This document shows, piece after piece, positions 44,415-53,715 of a stretch of 64,000 nucleotides of DNA. Below the pieces are notes generated by a model that saw nothing but the letters and a program-made list of their open reading frames with translations, had not been told where the DNA came from and ran no database searches. Within the stretch, counting starts at the first letter, position 1, and the number at the start of each line of letters is the position of its first letter. Origin of the DNA: a virus; the IMG/VR virus record IMGVR_UViG_3300042090_002485, positions 64,001 to 128,000 of that record. One strand, 5' to 3'. The position numbers were made by a program, and so were the translations under genes.

Positions 44415-47400
44415 TTAGCCGCCTCCCTTCAAGGCCTGCTTCCACACGGCGGCCGCGTCCAGCTTCGCGTCATCGCCATGGCCGGCCATGATCTTGACCG
44501 CGTCGGCAAACAACCGCACAGAGTCGGAGAACATCTTCTGCGACGGGTCGGTCGCGGCCTGGCCGGTGTCGTCCTCCGCGCGGTCCGCCTCGTCGGAAAG
44601 CTTGGCGTAGTCCTTGTCCAGCTGATCAAACACCGAGCTGGCAGCGTCGGAGTGGCGCATCGTCCGGTTCGTCGGCCCGGCCGCGCCGACGACGTCCTGC
44701 AGCTTGGCAGTGTTCCCCGTCTTCTTGAACTCCATGATGGCGGCTTTCGTCTTGGGGTCGAGCGCGTCTAACTCGTCGCCCTCGCTGATCGACTTGGCCG
44801 CTTCTTCGACGGACATACCGGTGAGGTCTTTGCGTCCTGTCTTCGACGCGAGGTTCTGCAAGAACTCCTTTTCAGCGGCGATCTGCATCTTGCCGGTGAG
44901 TCCCTCCTCGGCCTTGCCTAGGCGCGTCAGCACACCCCCCGCGCCTCCTTCTTTGTACGCGGCCGTGGGTTGGAGTGTCGACATGAGCGCGCCCGCTGCG
45001 TCCTTCGAGAGCGACTGCGCGAGCGTCTTGGCCTCGCGCATCTTTTTCCCGTAGTCCTTGCCGAGCCGCTTCTGCATGTCGGCGTCAACGACCGCGGCGC
45101 CACGCTGTTCCTGGTAGGTCCCTGATGTGTTCGCTCGGATGGTGGCGGCCAGCGCCACGACGTCCTTGTCATGGCCGCCAAGCACCGCCTTCACCTCCTG
45201 GGCGGTCTTGTCGTTCATGTCGAACATCCACGACTCGTCGAGCTTGCTCTTGACGGCCTTCTCGGCTTCGTCGGTCGACTGCCCTATGTCGACAGCGCCT
45301 GCCCGCGCCGCGACTTCCTGCGCCTTGACGAGCGGCTCGGCGAGTTCCTTGTTGCCGCTGGCCTTGACGTCTTCAATGACGCTGGCCATGACCTGATTCT
45401 TGGTCTGCCGCCAAGCAGCACCGGCCTCCTGACGCGTCATGCCTTGGTTCGTTGCCTCCTGCATCCAGGACTCCTTGAAGTCGGACTCCGCGAACGCGGA
45501 TGCTGACTTGATGAGTCCCGCCTTCATGCCCTGGAGCTTGCGCACTACGTTCTGGGTGGTCGCGCCGAGGATCGCCCCGGCGTTGAACTTCTTTCCCGGA
45601 GTCTTGCTCGCGTCGGAGATGCGTTGGTACATCGTGTCGAGCTGATCGGCGGTCTGCGGGGCGGCTCCAGCGGCGCGCCCGACGCCCGTGACGTCTTGGA
45701 CGCGCCGCCGCGCGTCCTGCGCGTCGCCGAACGTCTCGCCGAAGCTCGTGAAGCGCCCCTGGCTGTAGTCCGCAATTGCGGCGATTCGGTTGTCATCGCT
45801 TTCGGAAGCGAGACCCAAGAAACTGCCGATGCGGTTGATGGACCGCCTGTTGATGGCGCCCACACCTCGGCCAAGATCATTGGATAAAGACGTGCCGCCG
45901 CCCTTGAGGAGGAATCCTCGCTGGAGCCCGCGCTTGAGCATCGCGCGCTCTGCCGCGTCGTGTGCGATGTCGACGTCGTCGTAGCGGCTGATCCGCTCGC
46001 CGGCGTCGGCCGCCGCCTCATCCTCGCCGACGCGATCGAGGCGCTCGGATAGGCTGCGGAACGGCGACGAGATCGCGTCGCCGGCGGCGCCGAGCTTGTC
46101 GCGAATGCCCCGGCCCATCCGCGTCATCAAGCCCGGCGTACGGAAGCTCTCGCGGTGCGCGCGCTCCTCCTCCATCAGCTCGCGCCGGCGCACACGGTTC
46201 TGCTGCATCATCCCCTGCCAGTAGCGCCGGCTGCCGAACTGGTGCTCGAGGACGCCGGCCTCCTCCGCGCTGATGCCCGCGGTCTGCTGTAGCGCGGAGC
46301 CGAGGTTCATCGTCGGCACGGCGGCCTGGAGCTGGCGCGCCTGCGCGAGCATCATCTGCTGCATCTCACCAGGCCGGAGCTGCTGCGCGATCTGGTCCTT
46401 CAGCTCCTGCTTGTGGGTGTTCCACTCGAAGATGCCCGTCTTCCCCATGTTGAGGAGCGAGTCGGCGGCAGCGCGCTGCACCTCCTGGAACGACATGTTC
46501 TGGGTCGCGCGATAGCGATCCATGTCGACCGTCATGTGGCCCTTGGAATCGCGGCCCATCGCGGCGAGCAGGTACTGCTCGTTCTGCATCGCGGCGAGTC
46601 CGCCGCGCGCGTTGAGCTGTCCCAAGCCGCTGACGCCGCCGACGCGTGCCAGGCCGATCTCGCCGACCGCGCCCGACGACGCCGCAACATTAGCGGAGCC
46701 CGCGCCGAACATCGCCGCGTTCGCACCGGTCGCGCCAACCAGGCCGTACTGCGCCGCAAGGTCTCCGCCCGCCATCATCGTGGCGGTCATTTGCGCCTGC
46801 GACTGTCCGGCCATGCGCGCGAACGTCGCGCGGTTCGCCACTGCACCTGCCTGCGCGGCGAGACCCTGGAAGCCGAGGTCACGCATCTGGCCAAGCGAAC
46901 GGATGGCATCGCGGACGTCGGGGTCGCCCGTGATCCTCATCAGCATCTTGACGGTCTTGGAGATCTCCTTGACCTTCTGGACGATCTGGTCGGGCGCCTG
47001 CGTGCCGGTGAGCAAGCCTTGCTCAGCGGACATCGACATGATGCGCATCGCATCTTGGGTGTTGAATCCAGTGCGCTCAAAGTCGTGGTCGCGGTTCAGG
47101 TGGCGGATGCCCGACGCGATGTCGCGCGCACCCTGCGCGGAGAACCCTTGACCCGTCGCCGAGTTCAGGTTCGCGCCGGTGACCATGAACGGCGCAGTCA
47201 TCTGCTGGATCTGGCGGCCGCGCGCGAAGTCCTGCGTGACCGGGTTGAAGATCGTGTTGGCGACGACGCCGCCGACCTTGTTGCCGAGCCAGCTGCCCGC
47301 CATCGTGCCAAGCGGACCGAACATCGAGCCAATGGCGCCGCCGAGCATCGACCCACCAATGCCGAGCGCGCCCTCGCCGACGCCCGCGATTGCACCCATC

Positions 47401-47876
47401 ATCTGCGCCTGATGGTGCCCGTGGAACTGCAGCCCTTGCATCGCGGGCGACATGAAGTGCGCGCCCGGCATCGTCGGTGCCATCGGGTTGAAGATCGACG
47501 GCATCGACGCGGCAGCAGATCCAAAGCCGCCACCGAACCCCGGTACGCCGCCACCGAACCCGCGTGGCCCCGGCATCGGGGAGTACGCCGCCATCGCGCT
47601 GAGCGCGGGCATCGGCGCCGACGGCGGCGGCATGTAGCGCGTCGCCTGCGCGGCGTGCAGCGTCTGCTGCATCATGGCCTGCTGTGCGGCCATCGCATCG
47701 GCAGCAGCCTCTGCTGGGTGGCGAATTGGTGGTGGCGGCGGTGCAACTTGGAACGGTGCTGGCGCGCCCGCCATCGACTGCGCCATGGGCATCGGAAGCA
47801 GCCCCAAGTTCTGCTGCATGGCCGAGAATCCGGCCATCATCTGGCGGATCGTCTCGTTCGACTGCTGATCGGCCAC
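44415..47876 (-). CDS. Tape measure protein (1153 aa)
   Basis: Long Ala/Gly/Met/Gln-rich helical ORF directly after a frameshifting chaperone pair and before baseplate genes. Confidence 0.8.
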   Translation of the reverse strand: MADQQSNETIRQMMAGFSAMQQNLGLLPMPMAQSMAGAPAPFQVAPPPPPIRHPAEAAADAMAAQQAMMQQTLHAAQATRYMPPPSAPMPALSAMAAYSPMPGPRGFGGGVPGFGGGFGSAAASMPSIFNPMAPTMPGAHFMSPAMQGLQFHGHHQAQMMGAIAGVGEGALGIGGSMLGGAIGSMFGPLGTMAGSWLGNKVGGVVANTIFNPVTQDFARGRQIQQMTAPFMVTGANLNSATGQGFSAQGARDIASGIRHLNRDHDFERTGFNTQDAMRIMSMSAEQGLLTGTQAPDQIVQKVKEISKTVKMLMRITGDPDVRDAIRSLGQMRDLGFQGLAAQAGAVANRATFARMAGQSQAQMTATMMAGGDLAAQYGLVGATGANAAMFGAGSANVAASSGAVGEIGLARVGGVSGLGQLNARGGLAAMQNEQYLLAAMGRDSKGHMTVDMDRYRATQNMSFQEVQRAAADSLLNMGKTGIFEWNTHKQELKDQIAQQLRPGEMQQMMLAQARQLQAAVPTMNLGSALQQTAGISAEEAGVLEHQFGSRRYWQGMMQQNRVRRRELMEEERAHRESFRTPGLMTRMGRGIRDKLGAAGDAISSPFRSLSERLDRVGEDEAAADAGERISRYDDVDIAHDAAERAMLKRGLQRGFLLKGGGTSLSNDLGRGVGAINRRSINRIGSFLGLASESDDNRIAAIADYSQGRFTSFGETFGDAQDARRRVQDVTGVGRAAGAAPQTADQLDTMYQRISDASKTPGKKFNAGAILGATTQNVVRKLQGMKAGLIKSASAFAESDFKESWMQEATNQGMTRQEAGAAWRQTKNQVMASVIEDVKASGNKELAEPLVKAQEVAARAGAVDIGQSTDEAEKAVKSKLDESWMFDMNDKTAQEVKAVLGGHDKDVVALAATIRANTSGTYQEQRGAAVVDADMQKRLGKDYGKKMREAKTLAQSLSKDAAGALMSTLQPTAAYKEGGAGGVLTRLGKAEEGLTGKMQIAAEKEFLQNLASKTGRKDLTGMSVEEAAKSISEGDELDALDPKTKAAIMEFKKTGNTAKLQDVVGAAGPTNRTMRHSDAASSVFDQLDKDYAKLSDEADRAEDDTGQAATDPSQKMFSDSVRLFADAVKIMAGHGDDAKLDAAAVWKQALKGGG

Positions 47877-47906
47877 GGCGACCCTTATTGTAGGAGATCT
47901 GCTGAG

Positions 47907-48320
47907 TTACTTGTTCTGCTTGGGCTTTTTCGAGGCCTTCTCGGCGGCGATCTTCCTGTCGACATACTCCCCCATCTTGTCGAGCACGCGCAGCGCGTTT
48001 TCATCACGAAGTCGGCGGTCGCGTATCGCGGCCTGCGTCGCACGGCGATGGGCGACCTTGCGTCGCAAGAGGTCAGCATCGTAGGTCTCCTGGAACACCT
48101 CGGTCGCGTACTCCGCCACGATCGGGCCGAACGTTGTGTTGGCGTCGACGCCGAACACCCGCGCGATCATCTTGGCAATCGCGTCGACGTGGGCAACACG
48201 CTCCTGGCGTTCCCGGAAGACCATCTCGCGCATCAGGCGGTCCTCGACCGAGCCATAGGGCGCGAGCGGTACGCCACGTGCGAACAGGACCGCGCGCGCG
48301 TTGCCTCCCGGGTTACCTAG
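47907..48320 (-). CDS. Tail assembly chaperone, -1 frame extension (T part of a G-T fusion, about 344 aa total)
   Basis: The -1 frame is open from the slippery site to 47907, with no start codon until 48233. Confidence 0.75.
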   Translation of the reverse strand, partial: LGNPGGNARAVLFARGVPLAPYGSVEDRLMREMVFRERQERVAHVDAIAKMIARVFGVDANTTFGPIVAEYATEVFQETYDADLLRRKVAHRRATQAAIRDRRLRDENALRVLDKMGEYVDRKIAAEKASKKPKQNK

Positions 48321-48940
48321 AAATTTTCGATGGTGCCCTCCTCGAGGGCGGTTGCGACCTGGTTGTCGAACGTGAAGAGCTTCTTGAACAGCAGGGGCAG
48401 CACCGGATCGGCGAGCCCATCGACGTAGGCAAGCCGCTCGGCATACGCCTTCTCGACGACATCGGCTGCCACCTTGCGCGTGTCGGGATACTCGAGCTTC
48501 TGCGAACCGAATTGCTCGAGCGATGCCGCGAGCAAGAGCCGGCTCTGTGCTTGATAGTAGTGCGCGTCGAGCGACCAGCGCTGCGCCTCGAGCATCTCGT
48601 TGGCCCGGCGCGAATCGCGCGCGCCACGGGTGCGCAACCGGATCTTGATCGTCCGGGTGAGCGGGATCTCCTCGGAGTAGAACCCACGCGACATGATCGC
48701 ATCGATGATCATGGCGGCCTTTTCCTTGGTGAGCTTGGCTGCCTTGAGCTTGTCCTCGTAGGACGCCATCGGCTTGAGCGCCGCTTCCGCGCGAGAGGCT
48801 TCCTCGCTGAGAACAGCCTCCGCCTGCACCAGCGCGTCGTGGGTTGCGCCGCTCGGCGCGGCGCCGGGCGCGGTCGACGTGGGCCGCGGCACCACGGGCT
48901 TGGAGAAGTCACCGATGCGAGGCTCGTCCGAGTTGGCCAT
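48317..48940 (-). CDS. Tail assembly chaperone (G, 207 aa)
   Basis: ATG 48940; ends ...GTIENF-stop on the slippery heptamer; upstream of the tape measure gene. Confidence 0.8.
   Translation of the reverse strand: MANSDEPRIGDFSKPVVPRPTSTAPGAAPSGATHDALVQAEAVLSEEASRAEAALKPMASYEDKLKAAKLTKEKAAMIIDAIMSRGFYSEEIPLTRTIKIRLRTRGARDSRRANEMLEAQRWSLDAHYYQAQSRLLLAASLEQFGSQKLEYPDTRKVAADVVEKAYAERLAYVDGLADPVLPLLFKKLFTFDNQVATALEEGTIENF
48320..48326 (-). other. Programmed -1 ribosomal frameshift slippery site A AAT TTC
   Basis: Codons GAA AAT TTC TAG give an X XXY YYZ heptamer immediately before the stop codon. Confidence 0.8.
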
Positions 48941-48976
48941 CGTTATTTGGTACAAGGAAACGACGCCGGACACAAT

Positions 48977-48991
48977 GTTTACCGCACCAAC
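48977..48991. promoter_or_regulatory. 15-bp operator-like motif between the divergent tail operon and DinG
   Basis: Reverse complement GTTGGTGCGGTAAAC; 14/15 identical to 14418-14432. Confidence 0.55.
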
Positions 48992-49012
48992 ATCATGGTA
49001 GAAGGGAGAACC

Positions 49013-51133
49013 GTGCCGACGCTCCAAGAACTGCTCTCCAACCCCGCTCACGGTCTCGTCAAGGAAGCGCGTCCCGCTCAGCTCGCGATGGCCGCAGCTG
49101 TCGAGCAGGTCTTGCGTGACGGTGGAGCTTACTTCGTCGAGGCGCCGGTTGCTACCGGCAAGACGTACGCGTACCTGCTGCCTGCGCTGCTCGCTCAAGG
49201 CAAGCGCGTTGTGGTGGCGACCGCCAAGAAGCAGCTGCAAGACCAGATCGTCGAGAAGGACTTCCCCGCGCTCAAGCGCATCCTCGGCATCCGCGCCGCT
49301 TCGATGGTGGCCACGCCGCTCAAGGGCAAGGGCACCTACGCTTGCCAGCTCGCGGCCAATGCGATCCTGGACCGCGGCGACGAAGACCGCACGGTGTTCG
49401 ACCGGTTCCTGGCGCGCTCGCTCTATGGCGACCGAGCCGACTACGGCGGCGCTGTGCCAGCGTGGTGGTCACAGGCCACCGCGGAAGACTGCGTCGGCAA
49501 GCGCTGCGCTTACTTTAGCGACTGCGGCTATATCCGCCTCAAGCAAGCCGTGCGCGAGTCCCAGCTCGTCGTCGTCAACCATCACGTCCTGGGTGCCGAC
49601 ATGTTCTTGGGCCTGGGCAAGATGGTGGGTGGCGCCTACGACGTCCTGGTCGTCGATGAGGCCCACACGCTCGCCGCCGGTATCCGCGCTGCGTTCTCGC
49701 ACAAGCTCGGCGAGGACTCGATCGGCCAGGTCTGGGAGCTGCTCAAGCGCACAGGCCTGGTGTTCCCGCAACTGCGAAAGCTGCTCGAGCCGTGGGGCGC
49801 GATGTTCGAGGCTGTCCCCGATCGCGGGTTCGAGTCGAAGTCGCGCGAGGCTCCGGTATTCCCCGGCGGCATGGCCGCCGCGATCATCGAGAACCTGCGG
49901 CTCGCCGCGGGTGAGCTGGCCAAGACGCTGACGACGTTCGGCGGCACCGCGTTCGAAGACGCGCCGGAGGAGATGCCAGAGGACATCTACGTCGACGGCG
50001 AGCCGATCGAGGCCATCGAGGTGGACAAGGCCGCGCACGCGATTGCGGTCGAGGAGGAGAATGCGCGCGTTCAGGGCGTGCTGACCCAAGCCCAGAAGCG
50101 CGTCGACCAGCTGCTCCGCGGTTTGTCGACAGCGCAGGGCGTGGTCGAGCCGGACACCACCATCACCGACCCCGAGCAGGTAGAGATGCGGCGCGCGCGC
50201 ATCTTGGCCAACACGGCGATCTACTCGACGGTCGATGACCGCGGGCGCTTCGCAGTCAAGTGCGAGCCCGTGAGCGTAGGTGGCATCGCTGGGCGCTACC
50301 TCGCCGCGCTCAAGACGGTCGTGGTGTGCAGCGCGACACTCGCGCACGACAGCAAGTTCGAGCACGTCGAGAACATGACCGGCCTATCTCCGGTCAAAGC
50401 CGAGGTCCTGCCGACGTCGTTCGACTACGACAAGCAGGGCTTCGTGTTCATCCCGCGGGGGCTGGCCATCCCCGGGCGCAAGGACCCGGAGTACGACGCC
50501 GTCATGCGCAAGCGCGTCGACATGGCGGTGCGCCTGGTCGAGCTGTCCGAGGGCGGCGCGTTCATCTTGACCACCGCAAACGACGAGCTGGATGCCTTCG
50601 CGACCGCACTCAAGCAGCGCTTCCCGGGCCGCACGTTCGCGCAGGGCCACCGCAAGAACCCATGGGACGGTGACCCCAACGCCGCGCTCGCCAAGTTCAA
50701 GACGACGCGCGACTCCGTGCTGGTCGGCTCGAAGTCGTTCTGGGAGGGTGTCGATGTACCCGGCGGCGACCTTCGCCTGGTGATCGTCGCGAAGCTGCCG
50801 TTCCCGCACTTCAACGACCCGATCATCAAGGCCCGCGAACGGCTCGCGGGCGACAACGCGTTCCGTGACGTCCAGCTCGTAGACATGTTGGTTGACCTGC
50901 GCCAAGGCGTCGGGCGGCTCATCCGTACGCGCGCGGACCGCGGCTGCGTCGCCATCCTAGATTCCCGGATCTGGGAGAAGGGCTACGGCGGGCTCGTGCG
51001 CCGCGCGTTGCCGTGGTCGAACAACCTGGTGACGTCGGACTTCGCGAACTGCGAGAAGATCCTGCCGCGCTACGTGGCGTACTTCCGGCGTCAAGCCCTC
51101 GCAGGTAGCTCCGCTCTGGCGTTTGTGGGATAA
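49013..51133 (+). CDS. dinG: DinG/YoaA-family Fe-S SF2 helicase (706 aa)
   Basis: VEAPVATGKT, Fe-S Cys (YAC...DC.GKRC...DC), VNHH, VDEAH, SATL, FWEGVD, QGVGRLIR; GGGAG RBS before GTG 49013. Confidence 0.92.
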   Translation: MPTLQELLSNPAHGLVKEARPAQLAMAAAVEQVLRDGGAYFVEAPVATGKTYAYLLPALLAQGKRVVVATAKKQLQDQIVEKDFPALKRILGIRAASMVATPLKGKGTYACQLAANAILDRGDEDRTVFDRFLARSLYGDRADYGGAVPAWWSQATAEDCVGKRCAYFSDCGYIRLKQAVRESQLVVVNHHVLGADMFLGLGKMVGGAYDVLVVDEAHTLAAGIRAAFSHKLGEDSIGQVWELLKRTGLVFPQLRKLLEPWGAMFEAVPDRGFESKSREAPVFPGGMAAAIIENLRLAAGELAKTLTTFGGTAFEDAPEEMPEDIYVDGEPIEAIEVDKAAHAIAVEEENARVQGVLTQAQKRVDQLLRGLSTAQGVVEPDTTITDPEQVEMRRARILANTAIYSTVDDRGRFAVKCEPVSVGGIAGRYLAALKTVVVCSATLAHDSKFEHVENMTGLSPVKAEVLPTSFDYDKQGFVFIPRGLAIPGRKDPEYDAVMRKRVDMAVRLVELSEGGAFILTTANDELDAFATALKQRFPGRTFAQGHRKNPWDGDPNAALAKFKTTRDSVLVGSKSFWEGVDVPGGDLRLVIVAKLPFPHFNDPIIKARERLAGDNAFRDVQLVDMLVDLRQGVGRLIRTRADRGCVAILDSRIWEKGYGGLVRRALPWSNNLVTSDFANCEKILPRYVAYFRRQALAGSSALAFVG

Positions 51134-51135
51134 AC
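51121..51135. promoter_or_regulatory. 15-bp operator-like motif upstream of the XRE regulator, overlapping a TTGTGG-17-TATCAT promoter
   Basis: GTTTGTGGGATAAAC; TTGTGG at 51123-28 and TATCAT at 51146-51 with 17-nt spacing. Confidence 0.6.
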
Positions 51136-51161
51136 CTGCAACGACTATCATTCCGCTCGCA

Positions 51162-51368
51162 ATGCACGCCAAGGACTATGACGCCCTGCTCAAGGAACTG
51201 CGCGAGACGCGGGAAGCCCGCGGCATGACGCAGGCACAGGTTGCCCAGGGCATCAAGCTGTCGCGGGCGCAGTACACGGCAATCGAACGCGGCCGCTCCC
51301 TGCTCAACTGGACCCACCTGAAGCGCTTGGCCAAGGTCCTCAAGCGCAGCTGGGTCATCAAGGCATGA
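51162..51368 (+). CDS. XRE-family helix-turn-helix regulator (68 aa)
   Basis: LRETREARGMTQAQVAQGIKLSRAQYTAIERG. Confidence 0.9.
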   Translation: MHAKDYDALLKELRETREARGMTQAQVAQGIKLSRAQYTAIERGRSLLNWTHLKRLAKVLKRSWVIKA

Positions 51369-51514
51369 CTGCCGGCCGCCCCAAGGGCACGCGCGTCGTG
51401 GTGTGTCGCTGTGGGTGGCGCGTGACGGGCCATGGCGAGTCGGGCACGTGCACCACGTGCGGTGCGCGCGTCCGCTTCCCCAAGCGCAAGCGCAGGAAGG
51501 CCAAGAAGTCATGA
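51365..51514 (+). CDS. Small basic zinc-ribbon protein (49 aa)
   Basis: Manual translation CRCG...CTTCG..KRKRRKAKKS; ATGA overlaps at both ends. Confidence 0.6.
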   Translation: MTAGRPKGTRVVVCRCGWRVTGHGESGTCTTCGARVRFPKRKRRKAKKS

Positions 51515-52173
51515 GGTACGTCATCGGCGTAGATGAGTCGGGCTGCGGCGCCCTTGTTGGGCCGCTCGTCGTGTGCGCAGCCGCGTTCGCCGAGGGAGCG
51601 GAGCGCGTCAGCGCGGCGTGGCATGGTGTCCGCGAGGACAAGATCTTGCTCGCTGGCGACTCCAAGGGATTCAAGCACGCTGAGCACCGCGCAGCGCTCG
51701 CCGAGGCGGTCCGCGCGGCGAGCCCGTCGCTCATCACCATCGAGCGTTCGAGCGCCGACATCGACCAGCACCTGCTCGGCGGCGTGTTCAGCGAAGCCCT
51801 CCAGCTCGCAGCACTGCGCTGCCTCGAGCGCCTGAAGACCCTTGACCCAAGCGTCACCAGCGGCGACATCACGGTGATGGTCGACGGCGACGTCCCGCAA
51901 CCAAACCTGCCGTGCGTCGTGCGCTGCATCCCCAATGGCGACAAGACCGACTGGCGCATCGGCGCCGCGTCGATCGTCGCGCGCGCGATCTGCGACCAAC
52001 GCATCGACGCGATTCACGCGGAGTACCCGCGCTGGGGCTTCGACAGGAGCAGAGGCTACCCAACACCCGAGCACAAGGCGCTGCTGCTCGAGCGCGGGCC
52101 GTTGCCCATCCACCGCAGGACGTTCAAGCCGGTGCGGGACGTGTTGCCGACGCCGATCGGGGTGGAAGAGTAG
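51511..52173 (+). CDS. rnhB: Ribonuclease HII
   Basis: GVDESGCGALVGPLVV, DSK, VDG, GD....IGAASIVA, ..RGYPT.EH. Confidence 0.92.
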   Translation: MRYVIGVDESGCGALVGPLVVCAAAFAEGAERVSAAWHGVREDKILLAGDSKGFKHAEHRAALAEAVRAASPSLITIERSSADIDQHLLGGVFSEALQLAALRCLERLKTLDPSVTSGDITVMVDGDVPQPNLPCVVRCIPNGDKTDWRIGAASIVARAICDQRIDAIHAEYPRWGFDRSRGYPTPEHKALLLERGPLPIHRRTFKPVRDVLPTPIGVEE

Positions 52174-52175
52174 CC

Positions 52176-52382
52176 GTGTCGCGTCGCATCACCGCAAAGG
52201 ACGAACGGGTTCGGATGATCGAGCAGATCGAGCGAATGCGCGCGCTGCTTGACGGCCTTGCCCTGACCGTCAACATGAACGTACCGTGTAGCGAGTCCGC
52301 GCAGGCGGTCGCCGATGCGAGCATCCGGCTCGTCGCTGCTGCCGCGCGTCACGACACCTACCAGCGTGTAGAGGAGCCGTAG
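52176..52382 (+). CDS. Hypothetical protein (68 aa)
   Basis: Short ORF in a coupled + strand run. Confidence 0.55.
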   Translation: MSRRITAKDERVRMIEQIERMRALLDGLALTVNMNVPCSESAQAVADASIRLVAAAARHDTYQRVEEP

Positions 52383-52384
52383 CT

Positions 52385-52621
52385 ATGCCCGGTCTCGACA
52401 TCCTCAAGCAGCGCGTCTCGCACACTACCTGCGCGCGCTGTCGCAAGCCGTTCAAAGCCGGTGACCGCTGCCTGCCGGCTTACATCATCCTCAAGCCGAA
52501 CACGCGGAACCCGCAGACCAGGGAGCTGGCCGCGGAGATGTCCGGTGAGTTCGAGTTCGTCCACGCGTCGTGCGCGGACCCCTCGCTCGAGGGCATCACG
52601 TCGAGCATCATCACGTCGTGA
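52385..52621 (+). CDS. Small Cys/His protein (78 aa)
   Basis: CARC...H.SC; GGAG RBS. Confidence 0.65.
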   Translation: MPGLDILKQRVSHTTCARCRKPFKAGDRCLPAYIILKPNTRNPQTRELAAEMSGEFEFVHASCADPSLEGITSSIITS

Positions 52622-53085
52622 CCAGCCCGAAGAAGCCTGGCATCGTCGATCCATGGCGCGTCGTCGACCCGATCGAGGCGCCCAAGCGTCCGCCGCCGAC
52701 GGGACTCGACCTCGACGCCGACCTGCGCGTGCCAGGACGTTACGTCATCCGGTCGGAGCACTGTAGCTTCGACGTCACCTCGCACAAGATCACCGAACCA
52801 GCCGACGCTGTCGATGTGTTGGTCGAGTGCCTGGCTGAGCTGCTAAAGCTCAGGATCATGGCTGCCGCGTTCGCGGCCGCGGGCATCGGTCTGCGAGTCG
52901 GAACGTGGGCGTGGAACGCCCCTGAAGGCGTCCGCGCTGCCAGCCTACACAACGAAAAGTCCACCGTGTGGTTCACCGGCAAGCCCTTCGCAGAAGGCAT
53001 GCTGGTGCTGGCGCGGCTGCTGCGTGAACCGGCATGCGCCCACGTCATGCGCCACTATGGCATCGTCGTCATGATCGCTGCGTAG
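52618..53085 (+). CDS. Hypothetical protein (155 aa)
   Basis: GTGA overlap with the upstream gene. Confidence 0.6.
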   Translation: MTSPKKPGIVDPWRVVDPIEAPKRPPPTGLDLDADLRVPGRYVIRSEHCSFDVTSHKITEPADAVDVLVECLAELLKLRIMAAAFAAAGIGLRVGTWAWNAPEGVRAASLHNEKSTVWFTGKPFAEGMLVLARLLREPACAHVMRHYGIVVMIAA

Positions 53086-53098
53086 AGAGGAGTCAACC

Positions 53099-53401
53099 GT
53101 GGCTGAGAAACCCTGCAACCAGTGTCAGCACTACGACCCAATCATTCGAGGCAAGGACAAGCAAGGCAAGCACGGACGGTGCGCCGCCAAGTCGACCTAC
53201 CCCGCCACCGAGCAGAAGGGCCAGGTGTTCCCGCCCGGCGTCGCCCGCGCGCCGGACGGTGAACTGTGCAAGCCCGTCATCGTGATCGGAACGGAGATCG
53301 TCGCGACCTGCGACCTGTTCAAGATCAAGCCGACAGTCAAACCCATCCCCCGCGGCGCGCCCAAGCCCCTGCCGCCGAACCCGACCATCAGGAGGCGGTG
53401 A
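53099..53401 (+). CDS. Small Cys-rich protein (100 aa)
   Basis: GAGGAG RBS; CNQC.H...C...C...C. Confidence 0.65.
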   Translation: MAEKPCNQCQHYDPIIRGKDKQGKHGRCAAKSTYPATEQKGQVFPPGVARAPDGELCKPVIVIGTEIVATCDLFKIKPTVKPIPRGAPKPLPPNPTIRRR

Positions 53402-53715
53402 TGGCGAACCCCGAGAACAAGAAGTTCGCGGAAGGCGTCACGATGTCCGACGCTGCCCGTCAGGAAGTTCAGAAGCGCATCGACGCCCGCACTGCGAACG
53501 ATCACCTGCTCGAGGCTGCCAAGGAGGCCGAGGACTTGGTCCGCCTCATGGTCGGACGTTGGCAGGAGCGCGGGTTCACGTTCGAGCAGGGCACGTTTGC
53601 GCTCGCGCTTGCAACCATCAACTTCCGCGAGACCGCACCGGAGAAGAATGGCGGCAAAGAAGCGTTCGACCTCGTCGCGCACGAGGCCCACGTCTACTAC
53701 CACGCCAACAAGTAG
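53401..53715 (+). CDS. Hypothetical protein (104 aa)
   Basis: GGAGG RBS; TGATG overlap. Confidence 0.7.
   Translation: MANPENKKFAEGVTMSDAARQEVQKRIDARTANDHLLEAAKEAEDLVRLMVGRWQERGFTFEQGTFALALATINFRETAPEKNGGKEAFDLVAHEAHVYYHANK

Noticed and set aside
28962-48940. Stand-alone contractile injection system (eCIS/tailocin) instead of a phage
   Set aside because: A terminase and a complete phage replisome are in the same contig.
48134-49012. N-terminal extension of the 999-aa DinG ORF, and similar track extensions for ThyX, dNMP kinase, HNH and RNase HII
   Set aside because: The extensions overlap neighbouring genes; downstream starts with RBS or stop-start overlaps fit better.
439-51133. CRISPR-Cas (type IV-like) locus suggested by Cas4-like genes plus DinG
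   Set aside because: No repeat-spacer array and no Cas1/2/5/6/7-like genes; the genes are about 43 kb apart in replication contexts.
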